Of a stretch of 64,000 nt of DNA, positions 11,080 to 24,019 are shown piece after piece. The translations under genes were made by a program, and so were the position numbers. The notes beneath the pieces were generated by a model. That model ran no database searches, was not told the origin of the DNA, and saw only the letters and a program-made list of their open reading frames with translations. Positions within the stretch are counted from its first letter, which is position 1, and the number at the start of each line of letters is the position of its first letter. The stretch is from Scenedesmus sp. PABB004 (taxonomy: Eukaryota), in the NCBI GenBank assembly GCA_014905635.1, contig CM026547.1, forward strand, positions 806,001 to 870,000, written 5' to 3'.

Positions 11080-14000
11080 ATGGCGCGCTACAACCCCGCG
11101 GTGCGGGACCCCATCCCGCCGGGCTGGTTCGGCTGCCCCAACATCGGGGAGGTCTCGGAGCTGCACAACCTCATCCCGATGAAGGCGCGCGCCGGCGCCG
11201 GCGGCAGCAGCGCTGCGCCCGCGGCAGCAGTGCTGCGGCGGCGGCGCCGCCGCCAGCGCCGGCCCAGCCGCCTCCCCGCAGGTGCCGCTGGGCAACTCGT
11301 ACAAGAACCCCAACATGCTCGCGCGCACGCAAGGCCAGTGGAGCCCGCTCGCCGCGCTGCATGAGGCGCACGCGCTCATCACCGCCAAAAACAAGGCGCG
11401 CGCCAGCGGCGGCGCGGCAGCGGCTGCGGCGGCGCGCCCACGCGCGCGGCCGCGCGCGCGCGGCCACGCGCCGACCCCGCCCGCCGGCGCCGCGGCGTCG
11501 CACGCGCATCTGCTTGCAGGAAGGGCAGATCGGCATGGTGCTGGACCTCTCCAACAGCGACAAGTACTACGACCCAGCAGAGTTCACCGCGGCAAACGTG
11601 CGCTACGCAAAGGTGCGCCGCCGCCGCCGCTGCCGCCGCCGCGCGCTGCCCTGGCAGCCCCCGGCAGCGCGCCGCCGCGGCGGCAGCACCAGCGGCCGGC
11701 GGCGCCGGCGGCGCGCACGCAGCGAGCGCCGCGTCGCGCGCAGGTGCCGTGCCGCGGGCGCGGCGTGTCGCCCGAGCCGCTCGCGGTCAACATGGCGGTC
11801 TGGGAGATCCGCAAGGCCCTGGCCCTAAACCCCAACTTCTACGTGCTCGTGCACTGCACGCACGGCTTCAACCGCTCAGGCGCGCGCGCTCACGCCGCGC
11901 GGCGCGGGGGGTCGGGGGCGCCGGCGCGGGGTGTCGGGGGGGGGGGCTCCCGCGTGGGGCGCCCCTGTCGCCGCTGCGGCTGCCGCCGCGCCGACGGCGC
12001 CGCGTCGCCCCCGTCGCCCGCGTCCGCCGCTGCTGCGTGGCGGCAGGCTTCATCATCGTGTGCGCGTGCATGCGCCTGCTCGCGGCGTCGGGGTACTGCG
12101 TGGAGCGCGGCGTGCGCAAATTCAGGGAGCAGCGGCCGCCGGGGATCTACAAGCACGACTACATCACCGACCTCTTCAGGCGCGGGTCTTTGAAGGTTTT
12201 GAGGGTTTTGAGGGCTCCGCAGGCCCCGCGCCCCTCAGCGCGGAGGCGTGCCCGGCCGCGCCGCCGACGCGCCGCCGCCGGCCCCGCCCGCGGCGTGGCG
12301 CAGGCGGCACAACGAGCACCGCCCAAGGCCGTGCTCACGCCGGCGCTGCCCGAGTGGAAGCCCGCCGACGACGAGGACGAGGACGAGCGGCTCGGCTACT
12401 CCGGCGTCGGCCTGCCCGCTGGCGGCGCGGTGCGCGGCGCGCGCGGGCCCGCTGCTGCGCCATGCCTCTGCCGCGCCGCGCTTCGCCGCCACGGGCATGG
12501 GCAGAGCGCGCGCGCGCCGCGCGCCGCGCCCAGGCGGCCGCGCCGTCGGGGCGGCTGAGCCACAGCGACAAGATCGGCGAGCCGGTGTGCGTGGAGGAGG
12601 CGCGGTGGGTGGTCAACACGGTGTATGACATCATCCAGGGCCAGGTGGGGCGCGCGTCACGCCTTGCGCGTGTGACCTTGTGCGTGTGAGGCATTGGATG
12701 CGTGTGTGACCTGACAAGTGTGCGCGCGTGTGCGACCTGCATCCCTGGCGCCGCCTCGGCCTTGCCTGCGGAGCTGCGGGGGGCGCGGCCGCCGACCTCC
12801 CCCCCCCCCCCCCCTCACACACCCCGACACACGCGCCCACACGCGCGCGCGCGCAGGACAACCTGCTGCGCGGCATCCCGCTGCGCGGCTTCCCGCACGC
12901 CTCCATGGCTGGCCGGCCGCCGGGCGACCTCGTCATCGGCAGCCAGCCGGTCAGCCTGGCACTGGACAACCTCGACCTGGTCCGGACCAAGCGGTGGGTT
13001 TGTTCAGGGGCCAGGGGGGTTAGGGGCCAGGGCTTGGGGCCGACACGCAGCGCCGCACTTGGCGCGGCGCGGCGCAGGCCTGGCGCTGCCAGCGCCGCCG
13101 CACGCGTGCCGCGCCGCCGCCTGCCCGCACCCCCCCCCCCACACACACACACGCACACCAACACACATCCACCCACACCCACACATCCACACCCGCCACC
13201 TTGCACAGCTACTTTGTGACGTGGAAGGCCGACGGCACGCGCTACCTGCTGCTGCTGCTGCGTGAGGGGGCGTACCTCATCGACCGCGCCGGCGAGGTGT
13301 GTGTGTGTGGGGGGGGGGGGGGTGCGGTGTGTGTGGGTGGTGGTGGTGGTGGGGGGGGGGGGCAACGGCTGTGCGGCGCGCCGCGGCGGCGCTGGGCCGG
13401 CGGCTGGAGCGCGTGGGCAGATGCGCGGCGCGCAGGGACGAGGGCGCAGCCGCGCCCGCGCCGCCGCCGTGCCGCCGCGACGGCCGCAGGTGCGCCGCGC
13501 GCACATGCGCTTCCCGACGCTGCTGCCGCCGCCCAAGGACCCGCGCGCGCCGCGGCACCCCGTGGGCCCGCCGCACCACTGGACGCTGCTCGACGGTGCG
13601 GCCGCGCGGTCGCGCCGCGCGCGCGTTTGCTGCTCCCCCTCTCTCTCGCTCCCCCTCTCGCCCCGCCAACCCACAGCGCGCAACCCTCTCACTCCTGCCC
13701 TCCCCTGAACCCCCTCCCTCTCAACCCCCTCCCTCTCAACCCCCTCCCTCTCAACCCCCTCCCTCTCAACCCCCTCCCTCTCAACCCCCTCTCAACCCCC
13801 TCCCTCTCAACCCCCTCCCTCAAAACCCTGTCCCCTAAACCCCTCCTCACCCCCCCCCACCAGGCGAGATGGTGGTGGACGACCTCCACCTCTCCGGCGA
13901 CGCGCAGCGCCGGCGCTACCTGGTGTATGACGCGCTGCTGCTGGGCGGCGAGGGCATCGCAGACCTGCGCTTCTCGGTGAGGGTGGGGTGTGTGTGTGGG

Positions 14001-14273
14001 GGGGAGGGGTGGTGTGGGGGGTGGGGGTGGGCGGGCGGCGCTGACACGCAGCCTCGCTCGCCGCGCTCGACCACGCTCACACCATCACCCCATCACACCA
14101 TCGCACCATGCCCCCCATCAACCCTCAACCCAAAACCCTAAACCCCGTGCCCCCCAACACACCCAGGACCGCTACCAGATCATCGACCGCGAGGTCGAGC
14201 GCCCGCGCAAGCAGGAGGTGGAGTTTTACCGCAAGCACCCTGTGCCCACGTGCGCGACCGCCGCCGGCCGGCG

Positions 14274-14337
<64 letters not shown>

Positions 14338-17028
14338 GAGCGCCAGGCCGTCCACGCGCGCCGCACCTCTCCCCCCTTCTTCCTCCCCCCCCCCTCTCCT
14401 CCACACACGCTCCACCCCCCCCCCCCCCCCGCGCCCCCAGCTTCCTGTACGACTGGGGCCTCGAGCTCTTCAGCGTGCGGCGCAAGGAGTTTTGGCCCCT
14501 CTACAAGGCGCGCAAGCTGCTGAGCGCCTTCATACCCGGCCTCTGCCACGAGAGCGACGGACTCATCCTGCAGGTGGGGGGCGGGGGCGGTGGGGGGGCG
14601 GGCGGGTGGGTGTGGGTGGGCGGGTGGGTGGATGGGGAGGGGCGCCCGGCGCGTGCGGCGGTGCCGGCCGGCGCCAGCGAGCGCCGCACCTCACCTCGCG
14701 CGCGCTCCCACACCCGCCACCACCCACCCATCCTCACACCCCCCCTCCTCTCACTCACCCGCCCCCCCCCCTCCTCCCACTCCCCCGCCAGCCCTGGGAC
14801 GACCCCTACATCCCCCGCACCTACCCCCACCTGCTCAAGTGGAAGTTCCGCCACATGAACAGCGTCGACTTCAAGCTCCACGCCCTGCCCGGCGCGGCGC
14901 CGCGCCTCGCGCTCAACTGCGCGATGCGGCGCAAGCACGGCGCGGCGGAGGTCAACCACCTCACGCTCCAGGGTGCGCGGTGTGCGTGTGTGGTGGGGGG
15001 CTGGGCGTGTGTGCGTGTGTGGGGGTGTGGGGTGTGTGGGGGGGGGGGCGGAGGCGGAGGCGGCGGGGGGCGGCTGCGAGGGCCAGGGGCGGGGCGTGGG
15101 CGTGCGGCGTTGACGCGCGGCGTTCGGCCGCGCCGCCACCGCCGCCGCCGCGCCGCAGATATCGGGCTGGGCGAGCAGCGCGTGGAGTTCCCCGACGGCG
15201 TCGACCCGACCTCGCTGCACGGCAAGGTGAGCCGCCGCGCCGCCGCGCTGCACCGCGCTGCACCGCGCTGCACCGCGCGCCCCACACGCCCTGCCCATGC
15301 GCCCCGCGCCCCGCGCCCCCCCCCCCCCCCCCCCCCACACAAACACACACACGCACACTCTCACACACACACGCCCCCCCCCCCCCACACACACACACAC
15401 GCGCGCGCGCAGATCATCGAGTGCAGCTTTGACGTCGACGCGCGGCTGTGGACCTACATGCGCGACCGCCCCGACAAGCTCACCGCCAACCACCGCTCAG
15501 TCTTTGACAAGGTCATGACCTCAATCACTGACAACATCACAGTGAGGCCGGGGGGGGGGGGGGCGGGGCGGCCGAGGGGCGGGCGCGGCCGAGGGGCGCG
15601 GCCGAGGGGCGCGGCCGAGGGGCGCGGCCGAGGGGCGCGGCCGAGGGGCGCGGCCGAGGGGCGCGGCCGAGGGGCGCGGCCGAGGGGCGCGGCCGAGGGG
15701 CGCGGCCGAGGGGCGCGGCCGAGGGGCGCGGCCGAGGGGCGCGGCCGAGGGGCGCGGCCGAGGGGCGCGGCCGAGGGGCGCGGCCGAGGGGCGCGGCCGA
15801 GGGGCGCGGCCGAGGGGCGCGGCCGAGGGGCGCGGCCGAGGGGCGCGGCCGAGGGGCGCGGCCGAGGGGCGCGGCCGAGGGGCGCGGCCGAGGGGCGCGG
15901 CCGAGGGGCGCGGCCGAGGGGCGCGGCCGAGGGGCGCGGCCGAGGGGCGCGGCCGAGGGCGCGGCCGAGGGCGCGGCCGAGGGGCGCGGCCGAGGGGCGC
16001 GGCCGAGGGGCGCGGCCGAGGGGCGCGGCCGAGGGGCGCGGCCGAGGGGCGCGGCCGAGGGGCGCGGCCGAGGGGCGCGGCCGAGGGCGCGGCCGAGGGG
16101 CGCGGCCGAGGGGCGCGGCCGAGGGGCGCGGCCGAGGGGCGCGGCACCGGGCGGGGGGGCTGCACAGCCGCGCGGCGGGGCGCCCGCGCTGGGCTGGGCT
16201 CGGCCGCGTGCGTGAGTGTGCAGCGAGTGCGTGTGCGGCGGCGCGTTTGGATGGAAGCAACCCCGCGCCGCGTGACCCCGCGCCGCGCAGGAGGAGGTGC
16301 TTCTGTCCGTGTTTGATGAGGCGTTGCAGCTGCCCATCTACAACACTGAGCGCGACTGGATCAGCCAGCCGCCCCCGGCGCCGCAGCCCAGCGGCGGCGC
16401 GGCTGCAGACGCAGCCGGCGCGGCGCAGCGGCCCGGCGCGGCGGCGGGGCCGCCGCCGCCGGCGCAGCAGGGGCAGCGGGGGCCGCCGCCGCGCGACGGC
16501 GTGGTGGCGGCGGCGCGCGGGGCGACGCCGGACCAGCTGCGCGTGCAGCGCGAGCTCGGGCCGCCGACGCGGCGCGGGCCGAGCCCCATCCTCACGCCGC
16601 CCCCTGGTGGGCCCCGCGGCGCCGGGCGGGGCTGTGTGTGTTGCGCACGTGGGCAGCGGTCGGGCCGCGAGGGCCGCCGCCCGCCCGCCCACGTGCGCCG
16701 CCGCGCGCCGCGCGGCGCAGGCGCGACCGCTGAGGACGAGGCGGCCGCCGCGAACGGTGGCTACGACGCCGGCGGCAGCCCCGCGGTGGTGCACGACCTG
16801 CGCGCGAGCGACGGCGACGACGACGAGCCGCCCGGCGGCGAGCTCGGCGACGAGCTCGGCGACGCGGCGATGGCCGACGGCGGCGGTGGCGAGGGCGACG
16901 ACGCGGGGATGCTGGACGGCGGCGGCGGCGAGGCCGACTACGAGCCGGGTGACGAGGACTACCAGGTCACCGAGGCGGGCGCGGAGGCCGGCGGGGACGA
17001 GGGCGAGGACGAGGGCATGGAGGCGTGA
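11080..17028 (+). CDS. RNGTT: Bifunctional mRNA capping enzyme (Cys-phosphatase-type RNA triphosphatase plus guanylyltransferase), many introns
   Basis: [10 protein letters not shown] phosphatase loop (11852-11880 plus next exon). Guanylyltransferase motif [10 protein letters not shown] (~13219-13245), then [21 protein letters not shown] and RDRPDK. Acidic C-terminal tail. Apparent 1-bp indel near 12322. Confidence 0.92.
13700..13850 (+). repeat. 15-bp tandem repeat (aaccccctccctctc) in a capping-enzyme intron
   Basis: About 7 units visible, degenerating into ccctaaac-like units. Confidence 0.9.
14281..14335 (+). repeat. (CT)n microsatellite in an intron
   Basis: Directly visible run. Confidence 0.95.
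15568..16145 (+). repeat. 13-bp minisatellite (gaggggcgcggcc)n, about 44 copies, inside a capping-enzyme intron
   Basis: Near-perfect tandem array with a few units lacking one G. Lies between the donor at ~15542 and the acceptor at ~16290. Confidence 0.95.
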
Positions 17029-17807
17029 GGCGCCGCGAGGCGCCTGTCCCGCCGCGCGCTCTGCACCCCCCCCCCCCCCGCGCGGCGGCGGCCTCGGGCC
17101 GGCGCGCGCGACCAGCCGCGGGCGCCGGCGCCTGCAACCGGGGCGCGTTGGTTCGCGCGGTGCGCCCTGGCGCAGCCGGCGAGGGAGCGGGCCAGCAGCG
17201 GGGCTCACGCGGGCAGAGCCGCGCGCCCCGGCCGGCCCGGCGCGCTCCGCGCTCGCAGTGCCCGCCCGCCCCGCACGCAGCCGGCCACACTCGCGCCACG
17301 TCCCTTGCGACCGCCCCCGCGTCGCCTGCTCGCGCTCAACCACCCCACCCGCTCGCAAGGGCGCGCAGCCAGCCCGGCGCGCGCTGCGACAGGTGTGTAG
17401 GCGCGGGCGTGGGCGCGACCAGGCCGATCGCGGCGAGCACAGGCGCCTTTGGGCTGCGCGTGCGCCATGCGGCTGCGCAGCGCCAGGGCCGCGCACGGCC
17501 GCCCGCGCGCCACGCCCGGTGGCTCTGCGATGTGTGGCAGCGTCGCTGGAGCCTCCGGACGGCCCGGCCGCATCGGGGCGGCCCCCCTTGGCTGGCCGGT
17601 GCCAGCTGCTGCCGGGCCCTGCTGCTGCCGGCCCTGCCGACCGGCGGCCCCCTGCTCATGCGGCCCGTCCCCCTCGTCTGGGCCCGCTTACACCCGCCGC
17701 CGCCGCCGCCGCGCGCAGGCCGCCGCCCGGCGATGCGGCAGCAGCGCCGCAGCTGCCGCCGCGCGTAGCGCGCCCGCCCGCGCCGTCGCGCCGCGGCACC
17801 CGCCGCC

Positions 17808-20800
17808 ATGTCGGCGGCCAACGCCACGTCGCCCGCGGGCGGCGACGTGGTGGCGGGGCTGGCCATCGAGCCGTACGGCGCCATCCCGGCGCTCTGGCTG
17901 ACCTGCTTTGTCTTTGGCAACGCCTTTGCGATCTTCTGGCTCGCCCGCGCGTTCCTCAACGCCCACCCAGAGGTCGCCTACCAGGCGCGCGTCGTGCTCG
18001 GCCGCCTCGGCCTGCGCCGGCGGCGCCGCGCGCGCGCGGCCGCCGCGGCCGCGGCCGCGGCCGGCGCGGCGGGCGAGCCGCCCGCCGGCGGCGGCGCGGC
18101 GGCCGCCGCGGCCGCCGCACTCGGCGCGGGCGCCAAGGCGGCGCCACCGGGGAGCCCGCTGAAGCCGGGCGCGCTCTCGCGCGTGCTCGCGGGCGAGCCG
18201 AGCGGCGAGCAGCAGCTCGTGGGCAGCCCGTCGGGCGCGCGGCGCCGCCAGCACACGCACCTGCCGCCGCCCATCATCTGCACGCCGTCGACCGAGCTCG
18301 AGGGCCCCGGCTCGGGCCGCCTCGGCTCGGGGCACCTCAGCCCACGCTTCAGCCGCCTCGGCGGCTCGCCCTCGGCGCGCAGCGGCAGCACGCCGCGCAG
18401 CCCCGCCGCCGGCGGCGGCTTTGGCCCCGCGCCGCGCAGCGAGGCGGGCAGCAGCAGCGGCAGCGAGGGCGGCAGCAGCTGCACGAGCCTGTCCAGCCAG
18501 GACCTGGCGCTGGACACGCCGGTGCAGCTGGAGTGGGTCAACATGCAGTGCACCGTCAACGCCGCCGGCGGGCGCAAGACGATCGTGCGGGTGCGCCGCG
18601 CCGCGTCCTGCTGTGCGCCGCGAGTGCTGCGGCCGCGCCGCTCACGCGCTCACGCCGCGCCGCTGACGCCTCTGCCGCCGCCGCCGCCGTCGCGCCGCAG
18701 GGCGTGTATGGCGTCGCGCGGCCGCGCGAGCTGCAGGGCCTCATGGGCCCCAGCGGCGCGGGCAAGAGCACGCTCATGGACCTCCTCGCCATGCGCACCG
18801 ACCACGACGGCGCCGCCGCCGCTGCGGCCGGCGGCGCCGCGGGCGACCGCGCGGCGGCCGAGGCCGGCGGCGGCGGCGGCGGCGGCGGCGCGCCGGCGGC
18901 GCCGCCGGCCGCGCTCGGCGGCGGCTTTGCCGCGCTGCCGAGCCAGCTGCTGGTCAACGGCGTGCCGGTCAAGCGCCAGACGTTCATGGCGATCAGCGCC
19001 TACGTGCCCCAGGTGCCGCGCCGCGCCCCGCCCCCGCCCGCCCGCCCCGCCCGCGCCCCGCCCGCGCCCCGCCCGCGCGCCGCACCGCGCCCGCCGCGCC
19101 CCGCCCGCGCCCCGCCCGCGCCGCCACATGCCTATAGTACTACGGAACGCGCTGGCCGCGCCGCTTGCTGACGCGCCCCGCGCGCCGCCCACCGTGCCTC
19201 GCTGCGCGCAGCACGACAACCTGGTGCCCACCATGTCGGCGCTCGAGGCGGTCACCTTTTATGCGAGCATCGTGCTGCCGCCCGACACGTCCAAGCACCT
19301 GCGCCGCGCGCGCATCGCGCGCGTGCTGCGCATGATGGGGCTCGAGCGCCAGCAGCACACGCTGGTGGGCGCGCACGCCGGGTTTTAGGGGTTTGTTTGG
19401 CTGCGCCGCCCGCGCGGCGGCGGGCTCGCCGCGGGGGAGGGGCTCGCCGCCGCGGCGCTGAGCGTCGGCCGCGGCGCCGCAGGTCGGCGGCACGCTGCCG
19501 GGCGGCATCATGCTGCGTGGCATGAGCGGCGGCGAGCGCAAGCGCCTCGCCATCGCGTGCGGCGTCGTCGCGGGTGCGCGCCGCGCCCGCCGTGCTGCGC
19601 GCCGCCGCCGCCCGCCAGGCGCCTGCCTCAACGCCGCCGCCGCCCTCCCTGACACCCTGCCGCCGCCGCCGCCCGCGCGCGCGCGCGCCAGGGCCGAGCC
19701 TCGTCTTCCTGGACGAGCCCACGAGCGGGCTGGACAGCTTTGCCGCGCTCAACGTGGTGCTCTTCCTCAAGTCCATGGCCACCGACCGCGGCGCGACGCT
19801 GCTCGCGAGCCTGCACCAGCCGCGCAGCGCGATCTGGAACCAGCTCGACCAGGCGCGCGCCGGCAGTGTGCACAGCAGCGGCGCGCGGCGGCGGCGCGCG
19901 GCGGCCGACCGTGCGCGGCGGGCGGCGGGCTGACCCCGCCGCGCGTGTGCTGCGCCCGCAGGTCACGCTGCTGGCGAGCGGGCGGCTGATGTATAGCGGG
20001 CCGACGGGCGGGCTGGTGCCCTGGTTTGCGAGCCTCGGCTACGCCTACGACCCCGAGGCGCACGGCATGGCCAGCGACTGGGCGCTCGACCTCGTGTCGC
20101 TCGGCTTCACCAAGCCCCAGCACCACGCCGCGCCAGCTGCGGGGGCGGCGGGCGCCGCGCCGGCGGGCGCCGCGCCGGCGGCGGACGCGCGCGCCGCGGT
20201 CGCGACGCACAGCTCGGTGCAGCCGCACGGCGGCGGGGGCGGCTGTGCGGGCGAGCGGAGCATGATGGCGAGCGGCGCGGAGCTGAACGACGCCGCCGAC
20301 GCCTTCCTGGGCCGGCTGCAGGCGGAGCACCCGCACTGGTTCACGCCCGGCGGCGCCGCCGACGCGCGCGGCGCGGCGGCGGCCGACGCGGCCGAGGCGG
20401 GCGGCGGCAGCCCCGCCGGCGGCAAGGCGCCGCCCGCGCGCGGCGCCGCGCTCGAGGCGCGGCGCTGGTGGCGCAGCGACGCGGGCGCGCCGCCGCCGGC
20501 GGGCGCGCCCGACGGCGCGGCCGGCGGCCAGGGCGCGGCGGCGCCGCGCGCCGGCGCCGCGCCGTACAGCCAGCGCAGCGCGGACGAGGCGGGGCCGTTT
20601 GCGAGCGCGCTCGCGGCGGCGAGCTTTGCCGCGGCGCAGCAGGGCGGCCGCGCGGCGCCGCTGCCGGCGCCGCCGCTGCGCGGCGGGCAGCGCGGCGGCG
20701 CGCTGCAGCGCCTGCGCGCCGGCGGCCGCAAGTACAAGGCGCTGCTCTGGCGCGAGCTGCTCATCACGACGCGGTGCGGCGGCGCCGCCGCGCGCAGCCG

Positions 20801-22612
20801 CCGCCGCGCGCAGCCGTTCGCCGCGCGTGCCTCCTCCTCGCCGCGCCGCGCCGCGCCGACGGCGCCGCGCCGCCGCCGCCGCCGCCGCAGCAACCCCGCC
20901 GACGTGGGCGGGCGCATGATGACCTTCACGTACGTCGCCCTCATCAGCGGCCTCGTGTCGTGGAGCCTGCCCGGGGACGCCAACAGCATCTTCCAGCGCA
21001 TGTCGGTGCGTGCGCGGCGCGGCCCGCGCGCGCGGAGCCAGACCGACGCGCGCGGCGCGTGCTGCGCGCCGCCGCGCCGCGTTGCGCTGCGTTCGGGTCG
21101 CGCCGCCGTGCGGGGCTGGGGCGAGCGCGTGCCGGCTCTCTTGCTCCTCGAAGTAGAAGACGACCTCGCTCGGCGGCCGCCCCTTCCTTCACGGAGCAAG
21201 AGAGCCGGCACGCGCGCGCCAGCCCCATGCCCCCCCCCCCCACCACCACCACCACCCACACACCCGCACACCGCCCACGCGCGCGCGCCCGCGCCGCCCC
21301 TCGCACGCGCCGCCGCCGCCGCGTCGCGCCGCCGCCGCCTCGCGGCCAGGTCGCGTACGCGGTGCTGACCTTTTACTTCCTCATGCCCTTTGTCTTCATG
21401 TCCATCTTCACCGCCGACAAGCGCTTCTTCGCCGCCGACACCGCGGGCCGGCTGTACCACCCCGTGCAGTACTACGCGGCAAAGGCGCGCGCCGCGCACG
21501 GGCCGCCGCCGGGGGCCCGCCGCGCGCGCTCGCTCACGTGCTGCCTCGCTCGCCCGCCCGCTGCTCATCCGCGCGCGCCCGCGCCGTCCCGCCCCTCGTC
21601 CCCCTCCCTCCCCCTCCCCTCCCTCCCCCTCCCCCTCTGCCTCCAGGTGACCGCTGCGCTGCCGTTCAACGTCGTCGTCGCGGTCGTCTTCCACCTCATC
21701 TACTACGGCATGGCCGGCATGCGCCACGGCCCCGCCCCCATGGCCGCGAGCTGCCTCATCTGCCTCCTCACCGGCCTCATCGGCATGCAGGCGCGCGGCG
21801 CGGCGTGCACGGCGCACGGCGCTCGGGCCCCGGCCGCCGCGCCGCGCGCGGGGCTCGGTCACACACATTCACACGCTCGTCGCCCGCCGCCGCGCACGCG
21901 CACACACATTCACACGCCCATCACCCGCCGCCGCGCACACACACGCGCACACGCCCGCCAGGCGGTGTACTGCTGCGCGATCGTGGCGAGCAGCCAGGAC
22001 CTCGCGTTTGTGTATGCCATCGGCTGGACGAGCCTCAACCTGCTCGTCAACCCCTACATGGCGCGCTACGAGACCTACTCCCTCGGCTGGGGCTTCTCCT
22101 GGCTGCGCTTCGCCAGCCCCTGCAGCTTTGCGTGGCAGGCGCTCGTGGACATCGAGTTCACCGGCCGCGGCTTTGACTGCAACGCCGGCTCCGGCGCGCA
22201 GGCGGTCGGCCTCATCCCCTGTGAGCGGCCCACGCGCCGCGCCGCGCCGCGCCGCGCGCGCAGCGCACCGCCGCGGCCGCTGCCGGCGCCCCACCCCGCG
22301 CTCGCGCCCCGCGCCCTCACCCCGCCCGCCCGCCCCCGCCCGTGCCTAAACCCTGCCCGCCGCTCGTAAAACCCCGCAGCGCTGCTGCCGGACGACCCCG
22401 CCTACGCGCTCATCCGGTCCAACATCAACTCCCTCGGCCGCATCTCGCGCGGCGGGCGCTGCGTCGCGAGCGGCGACGCGATCGTCGCGATGTACACGCA
22501 GGGCATCCCCTACGCCGGCGTCGTCGGCGTGCTGCTCGGCTATTACGTCCTCTTCCTGGCCGCGACCTACGCCGTCGTGGCGCGCTCCGCGCGCGCCAAG
22601 AGCAAGGTGTGA
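17808..22612 (+). CDS. ABCG (White-type) half ABC transporter, NBD followed by TMD, about 12 exons
   Basis: Walker A GPSGAGKST (~18745), AYVPQ|HD, signature GMSGGERKR (~19520), Walker B FLDEPTSGLD and H-loop SLHQPR, followed by hydrophobic TM exons. Stop TGA at 22610-22612. Confidence 0.9.
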
Positions 22613-23254
22613 GCGAGGCGTGAGCCCTGAGCCAGGTGTGAGCCCAGCGGCGAGAGGCGCGTGGGGCGTGACCGCGCGGCGAGGCGCGCGCCGGGAGCGA
22701 GGCGCGCGAGCGCGGGCGTGTGTGCGGCGGCGGGGCGTGCTGCTGACGTTGGCGCCCGTGCGCGCTGGCTGGCTGCTGCTGGTTGGGGGCGGGGTGGGGG
22801 AGAGTCGCTCGAGCGTTGCTGACGCTGTGTAGAGTAGCTGCTCGCGCAGAGCCCGCGCGCGTTGTTGTGCGGGGCGCGTGACTGACTGGCGGCGCCGGCC
22901 GCGAGCTGCGGCCGCAGCCCCGCGACGCCTCGACGGCTCGCGCCGGCTGGTGGCGCGAGTTGAGTTTGACTGCTGCTGCTGGGCGGGCCCTGCGCAAGGG
23001 ACCCTCGCCCGCGCACAATACGGCTGCGCGGACGCACGCGCGGCGGTGGCAACCAGAAAAGGACCAAGGGCGGCCTCTCCTTACCGCCGGCGCGCGCGTG
23101 GCAGCCCGCCGCCCGCTGCACCACGCGCCCCGCCCCGCGCCTCACTCCAGAGGCGGCGTCGCCGGCTGCGGCGCGGCCGTGACCTCGGGCTCGGGCTCCG
23201 GCCGCGGCCCCGGCGTCGTGCTGCGGGGCGGCGCGCGCGGCGGCGGGGCGCGCC

Positions 23255-23623
23255 TCAGCCCAGAGGCCCCGGCAGCCGGCGCGTCGCAGCTGCCTGCCGC
23301 CCGCTGCGCGGCACGCCGCGCCGCGCGCCGCACCGGGGCAGGTGGCAGCGCTCGTCGTACAGCAAGCTGTCGGCCACCATCTCCTCCTCGTCGTTCTTGC
23401 GGTGGCTGTAGTCCTTCCACCACCTGCGCCGCGGGCGTGGTCAGCGCGCGCCGTCGGCGCCGCGCCAATGCAGCCGTGCCCGCGGCGCGCTGCAGCAAGC
23501 AGCCGCCGCGCACTTTTGCAGCGACTCGTTGTACTGCTCGCGCTTCTGTGCGCCGTCCACCTGGCCGTGGATGACTTTGAGCATCTCCGCGCTCAGCGCG
23601 GGCCGGGGCGGCGGGGCCGCCAT
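23255..23623 (-). CDS. Small unknown protein, spliced; 3' end uncertain
   Basis: MAAPPPRPALSAEMLKVIHGQVDGAQKREQYNESLQK|WWKDYSHRKNDEEEMVADSLLYDERCHLP. A GT-AG intron at 23513-23424 joins two exons with coding-like composition. Confidence 0.45.
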
Positions 23624-24019
23624 CGCGCCGCCGCGACCGCGCCGCCGCTGCCCGCCGGTGCGCAGCGGCGAGCGCCCTGCGAGGCGGTGTGCAGAGCGGA
23701 CCGCTGGCCGCCCGGCCCCGCATGGCCGTGGGGCCGGCGGCAGCAGCGGGCGCTGTTGCCGCTGCACGCCCCCACCTGCACCTCGCCGCTCTCGGGCTGC
23801 CGCGCGGCGCGCGGCTCCGGCTTCCGCGCGGCTGGCGGGGGCGCTGCGCGCCGGCTGCACCACGCGGCGGCGCCGCTGCCGCTGCTGCTGCTGCTCGCCG
23901 AGCCCGCGGCGGCCCTGGGGGCCAGGAGGCGCGTGGCTGGGCGCTGCAGGGCCACTGAGGAGCTCGTGCGGTCGCAGCGCCGCGCGGGTTGCAACTCTGG
24001 ACCGCCGCCGCCGCCAACC

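Noticed and set aside
12304..12345. Frameshifts in the capping enzyme (~12322), also near 900-940, 24325, 24870 and 52520, as pseudogenes or programmed frameshifting
   Set aside because: They mostly fall in homopolymer or GGC/GC-repeat tracts and hit essential genes with otherwise intact motifs. Assembly indels are the simplest explanation, and read mapping would settle it.
15568..16145. Possible CRISPR array or repeat-encoded protein
   Set aside because: No spacers, eukaryotic intron context, and the long ORFs through it merely lack stop codons.
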